Source: a virus (lineage: Duplodnaviria > Caudoviricetes). From it: a DNA stretch of 35,362 nucleotides. The DNA lies in IMG/VR virus record IMGVR_UViG_3300042309_002107, positions 1-35,362 of that record, one strand, 5' to 3'. Shown here piece by piece: positions 18,948-27,000 of the stretch. The first letter of the stretch is position 1; each line of letters begins with the position of its first letter. The position numbers and the translations under genes were made by a program. A model generated the notes under the pieces. It had not been told where the DNA came from. It worked only from the letters and a program-made list of their open reading frames with translations, and ran no database searches.

Positions 18948-19787
18948 TTATTTAAATTTTTCTTCTAATTCTTTTACTTTAGCAGTTAATTCTTGTACTG
19001 CTTTTATCAAAACACCAACAGTTGAGTTAGTATCCATTACATTTTGTCTTGTAGTAGATAATTCAACAGGAGTATCTTCAGCGATAAATCCAATATGTTT
19101 ATTAGTCAAATCATTTAAATAATTAAATTCAACAACATCTACACTATCTAATAAACTAATAGCTGATGTTTCAAATGGAATAATATTTGTTTTTAGTGTA
19201 CGGCTTGAATCTTGATAAAAAGACTGTGCATTTACTGAACCTGAAACACTTAAAGAACCTGTAATAATAGCAGCAGTACCATTAAAAGTAAAATTAGCTT
19301 CACCATTAATACTATTAGTACCGGTTGCTGTTAAAACATAATTATTTGTATTATTAGCAACATTGTTACCCATATACACTTCTACCCAAGCATCATCTGC
19401 ATTACCTGAACCAGTATATACTTCAAAAGTATCTGGGTCTTCTCTTGTTTGAGAAGGATCTAACCAAACTACTTTTTGAGCATTTGAAACACTATTCCAT
19501 TGAGTTAAAGTTACTTCAACTCCTGAAGATTTTGGTCTTAATTGGTAGTATTTTTTCTCTCCAATAACATAAACAACCATACCAAATTTTCTTCTACCTG
19601 AAGTGAATCCATCTTCTTTCATGTCTGTCTCAACAGGAATATCATTTCTATCTGCTACAGTTGGTAATTCGATAAAGCCACCAGCACCCATATGAGAAAC
19701 ATGCGTAGCGTATTTTACAGAAGTATTAAGAACACGGATTTGTCCAGGTTGACTATATCCTCCGGTGTTTATAGGTAATACTGACAT
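18948..19787 (-). CDS. Tail fibre-like protein with C-terminal intramolecular chaperone (peptidase S74) domain
   Basis: DSSRTLKTNI...HIGFIAED...LIKAVQELTAKVKELE is typical of the S74 autocleaving chaperone plus coiled coil. Confidence 0.85.
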   Translation of the reverse strand: MSVLPINTGGYSQPGQIRVLNTSVKYATHVSHMGAGGFIELPTVADRNDIPVETDMKEDGFTSGRRKFGMVVYVIGEKKYYQLRPKSSGVEVTLTQWNSVSNAQKVVWLDPSQTREDPDTFEVYTGSGNADDAWVEVYMGNNVANNTNNYVLTATGTNSINGEANFTFNGTAAIITGSLSVSGSVNAQSFYQDSSRTLKTNIIPFETSAISLLDSVDVVEFNYLNDLTNKHIGFIAEDTPVELSTTRQNVMDTNSTVGVLIKAVQELTAKVKELEEKFK

Positions 19788-19816
19788 TTTATTTTAATTT
19801 TAAATATTTTTTATTT

Positions 19817-20767
19817 TTATGTACAAGTTGTTACTTTTAATGTAAATAAAGTTCCACCTGTTGGATTTTGAGCAGATAATATTTTATACATTCTATAATT
19901 AACTCCATTATATGTAAATGTTCCTTCAGCATTAGATGTTATTGATACTGGGTTAAATATTCCTGTAGGATTATTTACATCAACCATTTCAGTAATAGTG
20001 CCCATGCTTGTTGGATGAATAATATATGCTTGTATAGAAGTAGAACTTTCACCAGTTCCTTGTGGGTAATTTAAAGCATAAGTATATGTTGCTTTATTAG
20101 CACACACATCACCATAAGCTGTTATTCTATCATTATTTGTTATTTTTCTACCTAAAAAGTTACTAAAGTTTTCAGTAACGTAAGCAGATCCATTATAATG
20201 TCTAAATCTAGTTGTTGTTGTAACATAATCATAAGGTGCGGCAAGTACATCAGATGTAAATAATAAATATGCTGATGGGGTTGCTGCTGTTGGTTGTGGT
20301 GTTGGTGCAGTCGTTGGAGCTGTTGTAGGAGATGTAGTTGGTGCCGTTGTAGGCGCTGTTGTAGGAGCAGTCGTTGGTGCTGTAGTAGGAGCTGTAGTAG
20401 GCGCAGTCGTTGGTGCCGTTGTAGGCGCCGTTGTTGGTGTTGTTGGTGATGTTGTAGGAGCCGTTGTTGGAGCTGTGGTTGGTGCTGTAGTTGGTGCAGT
20501 CGTTGGTGCCGTTGTAGGAGCAGTAGTAGGTGATGGAGTAGATTGTGGTACAGCAAGGTCTACATAGTTTGTACAAGTACCTTTAGATTTTACTCTAATA
20601 GTTACTGTCCCATCAGGAACAGCAGAAGTTGCATATCCAGCTACTAAACTAGATTTAGGAACATCAGTAGCAAAAGCAGTATTATAGGAATCCGTATTTG
20701 AAAATAAATCAAAAGGACCTGTATCACTCCCCGCTGTTGTTAATGTTATTATTACTGATATTGGCAT
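19817..20767 (-). CDS. Putative virion surface protein: TGP[FY] domain + TAPT stalk + C-terminal domain (316 aa)
   Basis: N-terminus DTGPFDLFS...LVAGY...IRVKSKGTC; repeats at about 20280-20540. Confidence 0.85.
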   Translation of the reverse strand: MPISVIITLTTAGSDTGPFDLFSNTDSYNTAFATDVPKSSLVAGYATSAVPDGTVTIRVKSKGTCTNYVDLAVPQSTPSPTTAPTTAPTTAPTTAPTTAPTTAPTTSPTTPTTAPTTAPTTAPTTAPTTAPTTAPTTAPTTAPTTSPTTAPTTAPTPQPTAATPSAYLLFTSDVLAAPYDYVTTTTRFRHYNGSAYVTENFSNFLGRKITNNDRITAYGDVCANKATYTYALNYPQGTGESSTSIQAYIIHPTSMGTITEMVDVNNPTGIFNPVSITSNAEGTFTYNGVNYRMYKILSAQNPTGGTLFTLKVTTCT

Positions 20768-20771
20768 ATTG

Positions 20772-20780
20772 TATAAATAT
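20772..20780 (-). promoter_or_regulatory. ATATTTATA motif
   Basis: 4 nt upstream of the ATG at 20767. Confidence 0.6.
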
Positions 20781-20798
20781 TATTGTCTATATGTTTCT

Positions 20799-22382
20799 TT
20801 AATTAAGTATTACATTTCCATCTAAACCACAATTACCTAACTGTACGTTTCCATCTAAACCACAATTACCTAACTGTACGTTTCCATCTAATGCACAATC
20901 AGCAGATGTTGGTGAAGGAGTAGGAGCTGTTGTTGGTGGTGTTGTTGGTGATGTAGTAGGAGCCGTCGTTGGAGCTACAGTTGGTGCAGTCGTTGGAGCT
21001 ACTGTTGGTGCCGTCGTTGGAGCCGTTGTTGGAGATGAAGTTGTAGGCGCTGTTGTAGGAGCTATTGTTGGTGCAGTCGTTGGAGCAGCAGTTGGTGCTG
21101 TAGTTGGTGCTGCTGTTGGAGCTGAAGTTGTTGGAGCGGTTGTAGGAGCAGTAGTAGGAGCAGTCGTTGGAGCAGCAGTTGGCGCTGTAGTTGGAGCTGT
21201 TGTTGGAGCAGCAGTTGGTGCCGTCGTTGGAGCAGCAGTTGGCGCTGTAGTTGGTGCTGTAGTAGGTGCTACAGTAGGAGCTGTAGTTGGTGCTGCTGTT
21301 GGTGCAGTAGTTGGTGCTGAAGTTGGTGAAAATGTTGGTGGTGGTGTTACTGGAGAAGTTGGAGCAACAGTAGGAGCGGTAGTAGGAGCATTGGTTGGAG
21401 CAGTAGTAGGAGCAGTTGTTGGTGCTGCTGTTGTTGGAGCAGGTGAAACACTAGATACACTTAAAGTAAAGTTACATCCTATTGTTGTAGATGTTGTTGT
21501 TGCAGTAAAGTTACAATCAACAATCTTAGTTATAGTAAAAGTTATCTTAGCTTCATTACTATAAATGTTTCCACAACCTAAGTTTCTACTTGCTACTTTG
21601 TAATAAGTTTCATACACACCTGGTAAAGTACCTGTAAATCCTATAAGATGAGTATCCTGGTTTACAAAATAAGGACTACCAGATAATACTAAAGTATCTC
21701 CATCTAATTCAAAATCTCTTTCATCTACATAAGGATAATAATCAAATTGAGATGGAATTGCATTTTGAGGATAAGTTAAATTAATTGGTAAAGCAAACGG
21801 AGGATTTGGAAATATTGATTGAGAGGCTTGGTTAGTAATAATAGCTAAGCCATGAGCATAAAATATATTTCCAATATGTGTTGTGCCGTAGTTATATAAA
21901 TTACCAAAACCATCATCAGTAATACTATAAGCAGATGAAGTTAAAACAAAACTATTTGGTAATACTTTGTTACCATAAATGTCTTGATTAATAGCTAATA
22001 CTTTAATACTACTCATTACCCCTGTAGGGAATGATTTTATTAAATTATCATTATCATTATATATAAAATAAGATGATGTAGGGCGTTGTTGAGAAGCAGA
22101 CTCATAATTATTTAACGTAAACATTAATGAGCTAGTATCTAAACTAGCTGTATATGTTTGGTAAAATAAATGATTAATTTGACTATAAACTAGTCTTTCA
22201 TATTGACCTTCTGTAATAGGATCTATATCGGGAGAAAAACTACCAGTTACATTAGTACCTTTATAAATTGTAATGAAGTCAGAGGATGTCGGATACGAGC
22301 AGTAGTTTAAATTCCACTGCTTATTAGCGGCATAGGGTACTACCGTAACATCTGATTTGCTTAGTTTTTTGTATGCCGACAT
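20799..22382 (-). CDS. Virion structural protein N-terminal domain + Ig-like domain + long TAPT stalk + Cys repeats (527 aa)
   Basis: VLPNSFVLTS..ITDDG..GNIFYAHGLAII resembles LLPGSFNLT..LTDDSG..GMMFPDLNIVV of the 328-aa neighbour; repeats at about 20907-21445. Confidence 0.85.
   Translation of the reverse strand: MSAYKKLSKSDVTVVPYAANKQWNLNYCSYPTSSDFITIYKGTNVTGSFSPDIDPITEGQYERLVYSQINHLFYQTYTASLDTSSLMFTLNNYESASQQRPTSSYFIYNDNDNLIKSFPTGVMSSIKVLAINQDIYGNKVLPNSFVLTSSAYSITDDGFGNLYNYGTTHIGNIFYAHGLAIITNQASQSIFPNPPFALPINLTYPQNAIPSQFDYYPYVDERDFELDGDTLVLSGSPYFVNQDTHLIGFTGTLPGVYETYYKVASRNLGCGNIYSNEAKITFTITKIVDCNFTATTTSTTIGCNFTLSVSSVSPAPTTAAPTTAPTTAPTNAPTTAPTVAPTSPVTPPPTFSPTSAPTTAPTAAPTTAPTVAPTTAPTTAPTAAPTTAPTAAPTTAPTTAPTAAPTTAPTTAPTTAPTTSAPTAAPTTAPTAAPTTAPTIAPTTAPTTSSPTTAPTTAPTVAPTTAPTVAPTTAPTTSPTTPPTTAPTPSPTSADCALDGNVQLGNCGLDGNVQLGNCGLDGNVILN
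20815..20891. repeat. Perfect 33-nt tandem repeat x2.3 encoding the (CGLDGNVQLGN) unit
   Basis: Unit tttccatctaaaccacaattacctaactgtacg at 20815 and 20848, partial copy at 20881. Confidence 0.95.
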
Positions 22383-22385
22383 GCA

Positions 22386-23372
22386 TTAATAGTCTAATTT
22401 AATTCTAATTAAAGCTTCCTTAGTAAAATCTTTTGTTAATGGTCTACTTAACTTAGCAACTGCTAATAACTCATTATTGTCATTATACATACCTACTGTT
22501 GTAACGTATGTTTGTGGGTTATTAATTAATGTTGTATATAGTAAGTTACCGTTTGCATCTATAACAGATGGGTTAGTAGTATAGTTAAAGTCACTATTTT
22601 TAACTCTTGTAAAGAAATATCTTGAAGATACTGTTTCTTCTGATTTTAACTGGAATATAGAACCTGCAACAATTGAGTTATAAAGTTTAATATGATTGTT
22701 TTGAGCAGTACCTGTAGATGTTCCAAGTGGAGCAAAATATGGTAATAAATTTACAGTTGTAGATGTACCTGCATTCAATACAACAATATTCAAATCAGGA
22801 AACATCATTCCATAATAAGAAGAAGAAGCAGCTGATGTGAAAGCATTTCCATTACTTCCACTAATAATATAAAATACTCTATTTTCACCAATGTAACGAG
22901 TTAAATTTGTAGTACCGCTATCATCAGTTAATTTTATTGTTCCACTACCACTAGTTAAAGTTAAATTAAATGAACCTGGTAGTAAAGATTCTTTATAGCG
23001 GCTACGAGCTACATTAATTACAAAAATATTACTTCCTGTAGTAGCACCATTATCAAAGCTAAAATAAGCATCTTCAGTTCCATAAACTAAATTTCTATAT
23101 TCACCGTATACAACACGAGAAGGTGAAGCACCTTCTACAGCAGAATTAATTAATTTAGAACCACTACCATTAATGTTACCATACTGGATTGAAAATTGTA
23201 CTGAAGATCCAGAGCACAATTCACAGTTATTGTAAGCATCTAAATAATACTCTGTATAAGTACTAGCTGTAAAAAAATTATTTATTTCATTATTATCTCC
23301 ACTCCACAATCCACGTACTACGGTTTCGGAGCTAATTACTGAGTCTTCTGGGTTATATCTTACAAATGACAT
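22386..23372 (-). CDS. Virion structural protein (baseplate/tail-collar-like, 328 aa)
   Basis: C-terminal VGMYNDNNELLAVAKLSRP recalls the C-terminal motif of tail-collar fibre (DUF3751-like) domains; located in the structural module. Confidence 0.65.
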   Translation of the reverse strand: MSFVRYNPEDSVISSETVVRGLWSGDNNEINNFFTASTYTEYYLDAYNNCELCSGSSVQFSIQYGNINGSGSKLINSAVEGASPSRVVYGEYRNLVYGTEDAYFSFDNGATTGSNIFVINVARSRYKESLLPGSFNLTLTSGSGTIKLTDDSGTTNLTRYIGENRVFYIISGSNGNAFTSAASSSYYGMMFPDLNIVVLNAGTSTTVNLLPYFAPLGTSTGTAQNNHIKLYNSIVAGSIFQLKSEETVSSRYFFTRVKNSDFNYTTNPSVIDANGNLLYTTLINNPQTYVTTVGMYNDNNELLAVAKLSRPLTKDFTKEALIRIKLDY

Positions 23373-23385
23373 ATTATGTTAAATT

Positions 23386-24051
23386 TTAGTAGCTAGCTGT
23401 TTTTTGAATATTTAAAGGAATAGTGATTCTAGCTCCACTATCTCTACCAATTACAGTAATTGTAGTTGTTAATTGACTTAGAGTACTACCAAACAATGTA
23501 TTAATTGTAGTACCAGTTAACGTAAATGAAGTACCAACTTGGCTCAATGAAAGTACAGTACCTGTTGTTGTATTTAAATCAGCAATACCTGGAGAAGTAA
23601 CTGTAATTCCTGTACCACTAAATGTAGATACTAAACGAGAATCAGCAATTGTAGCTGTATATCCGTTTGCTTCAAACGTACTTGTAGCACCTAAGTAGTT
23701 AAGTGTTTGTGGAGTAATTGTTAATGAAGCACCTTGACGTAATGAGATACTATTATATCCAATATTAATTACTGGTAATTTAGATGTACCACGAGGTAAA
23801 GTTACTAACTTATATCTCATAATTTGTGACTCATTAGGAATAGCTTCTAATATAGGAGTATTCTCAATTGCTTCACCATAGAATGCAGATCCTGATGGGT
23901 GATTTGGATTATACAAAGTATAATCAATTTCGTCATCAGCTAATGCAAATTGAGTAATTTGAAATGAACCATCATTACGAGCTAACAATTCGCGGCCCTT
24001 CGTGGTTAATATTGCATCTACAGTTATTGTTGTAGGATTTAAAATTGCCAT
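23386..24051 (-). CDS. Virion structural protein (baseplate/tail-collar-like, 221 aa)
   Basis: DAILTTKGRELLA...ITQFALADDEIDY recalls the N-terminal LTxxG..LA motif of collar/baseplate proteins. Confidence 0.65.
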   Translation of the reverse strand: MAILNPTTITVDAILTTKGRELLARNDGSFQITQFALADDEIDYTLYNPNHPSGSAFYGEAIENTPILEAIPNESQIMRYKLVTLPRGTSKLPVINIGYNSISLRQGASLTITPQTLNYLGATSTFEANGYTATIADSRLVSTFSGTGITVTSPGIADLNTTTGTVLSLSQVGTSFTLTGTTINTLFGSTLSQLTTTITVIGRDSGARITIPLNIQKTASY

Positions 24052-24072
24052 AATTCTTTATGTTGTATATAC

Positions 24073-24081
24073 TATAAATAT
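24073..24081 (-). promoter_or_regulatory. ATATTTATA motif
   Basis: 21 nt upstream of the ATG at 24051. Confidence 0.6.
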
Positions 24082-24097
24082 ATTAAATTTGTAGATG

Positions 24098-27000
24098 TTA
24101 CCCAAAGGTTCCACCATTAATATCATTAATTACTGATTGATCATTAAGTAATTTTTGTTTAACTTCTTTAGTAATTGTATCAATATTTTCCAATACGTCG
24201 CTACTAATATTATCTGCTATTAAGAAACCATATGATGTTTTTCCGTCTCTTTTTACAAAATTCAAAATAACATTAGTTTCATCTTTAATTCTTGATAATA
24301 ATAAAAATCTTTTATAATTACCAGTTCCTGATAAATCCTGTATAGCTAAGTTGGATAAAGGAGTGTCAAGAGTTAAGACTAATTGTCCTCCAACTAAATT
24401 AATACCCAATATTGTATATTCTAAAATACTTCCATCTGAAAGATAAAGTATTAGCATATCGTATGGTTTAGGTTTAAACGAATAATCCACATCACCATAA
24501 GTTTCATACAATGGGCTTACAGATCCAGTAGCTGGATTTGGTGCAAAATAATAACTATCTCCATAAAAACTAGATACTCCTGGACTAAGAGTAATTGAAG
24601 AAGTAGCAGTTGAAGTAACATAAGGACAAGCAGTAGATGTATATCCTGTACTAAGAGCTAAAGATCCTATAGAAACTTTTCCATTATCTCCTGTTGCTAA
24701 AGAAGCTGTAATGTTATTACTACTAGCATTTACTAATCTTAATTTAAATGAAATTTCATCATCAACAGTAAAACTATTATAACTATTATTACCTGAATGT
24801 CCGTTATTAATTGTTAAAGTAGTTGTAAGAGTATTTCCTCCTCCTATTATATATGTACCACATATTGCTGGGTCGGTTGGATAGTCAGTCCATTGACTAT
24901 TTCCAGACACTTCGTAACTTCGAGCACATATAGTTCTAGTTATTCCTGGTTTAATGTAAAAGAATTTAGAAATACCACTAGCACATTCAATATAATCTAC
25001 TCTTATATCATCATCCCCCTCATTAATTATTGAAGTTCCATAGCAATTTTCTGTTATTGAACCAAAAGATAATGATTGACTTACTTCTTGAATTTTAGTT
25101 CCGTCTCTATACATTTCTAAACTCCAAGTAGCACTATTATTATCAGCCATTGTTGTAGTAATAGCTACGTTAGCATATACTCTATATTGTCCTGTTTCAG
25201 ATACAGAATATGTTGCTGGTGAAGTTGCTGTTGGAGATGTCCAGTATGTACCTGTATTAATAGGAGAATTAAATAAATTTAATACATATCCTCCTTGTAA
25301 AGGATATCCAATAGTACCACTTCCACTAATTAAATAAGATGAACTTAAGTTTTGGGCCTCAGCTAAATATGCTGATGGGTTACCTTGGTTTTGAAAAGAA
25401 ATATTAGGATTATTACTACAAGTAGAAAAATATAAAAGTGGTGAATAACTATACCCACTATTAAAAATTATTTTTTCACCATCAGTTGTTTTTTGATTGC
25501 TATATAATTGGTTGTTAAATTGTGAAATACTACCTGTATCTCCAACTATAAAAGTATTTTGTATTTCTTCCCAATGTTTATTACGAAGATTCAATTCTGT
25601 TAAATTACCGTCGATATCAACTAGATATTTTAAAACAGCATTATTGCGTTTAGGTAAAAATCTATTCGGAATTATTTCTGAGAATAGGCCTAATTTAATT
25701 ACATTTTTATCAATAACAGCCGTTTTACCAAATGATATATCACCATCAGTATAATCATTATATTTAACACTTGATAATTTAATACCTTCGTATCTTGATA
25801 ATTGATGAGTTTTTAAAGATTCATAAGAATCTTGTAAGTAAGCTGGTGTTAATATACTTTGTGTAGTTCCAAAAACATATTCAATATCTTGTCTAGTACG
25901 AGAAATTAAACTAGAAGAGACATTATTAAACAATACACTAAAATCTGAATGGTTAAACTTATTTATGTCTATATTTTCAGACGAATGTTGAGAGTTCCAT
26001 TGAGCAAAAGTACTTAAATAAGGATTTACATTTTGATCTTCAAAATATTGATAAATATCTACATAACTTCCTGAAAATTCTCCTGTATAAAAAGCAGATT
26101 TATTACCTGGTTGTTTTGTATAGTCATTGCCATATACAACACTCATTGTTACTAGAGCACTTGTCTCTGGAGTAAAATCAGCATCATAAGAAGATACTAA
26201 AGAAGAATTAGATGGATTAGCATTTTGTACTTTATTTCTTTCAAGTAATGGAGAAGTGATTGTTATACCTGTTGAAAGACTAGCTCTAGCAGGTACATAA
26301 TCAGATAACATTTTGAATAACGAATTATCAAAATATTGGAACAAACGAATAAAACTATTATAATCAGTAGCATTAATTGAATCTGTACTTGTAGAACTAG
26401 TAAAAGGAATTACAGAAGCAGTTAATGGAGAATAATAAGTTTTCTTTTGTGATTCTAAATCTGTATAAGAAACATCATACTGTTGTCTAGGATCACCTAT
26501 ATAATCATCTAAATTCCAAGTTGGATTTGAAGTTGCTATTGATGATGAAGTAAATAAATCTATTTTTTCTTGAGGAGAAAATGATATATCTACATAATGC
26601 AAATCATTTGTTCTAAACGAAGTAGATGAAGTAGGTTGATTTTGTAAACTAATATAAGGTGATAAGATACTACCTGTAATATTATTAGATACTATTCTAA
26701 TTTTATCTGAATTAAATTCATCTAAAGTATTAGACTTTAAGTAACCACCATATTCTTTTACAGGTAAAATACTACCTGTGATACCAAAAGTAGAAATTAA
26801 TGTTTGTAAACCATAAGTAGTACCTTTTGTTTTTAATAATAAAGGTAAATTATGATAAATTCTTTTATAAGATTCAGCTAACAAATCTTTTTTAGGGATA
26901 GTATTTAAATAAGAACCAGTATATGTAAAGTTGTTATCAAAAACAGCACTACCACTATTACCAATTAAAAAATCAACATTATCTGAATCTCCATATTGGT

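Noticed and set aside
11262-20576. Alternative-frame ORFs rich in Q/H/L, N/S/C or W/C/S (e.g. 11262..11639, 11488..11673, 12261..12563, 18230..18610, 18315..18752, 20152..20556)
   Set aside because: They are shadows of the TAPT-coding repeats, which lack stops in other frames, and lie fully inside longer coherent genes.
8362-21445. Possible CRISPR system (Cas4-like nuclease plus repeat tracts)
   Set aside because: The repeats are in-frame coding tandem repeats with no unique spacers. The nuclease lacks Cas4 Fe-S cysteines and is coupled to the primase. No other cas genes are present.
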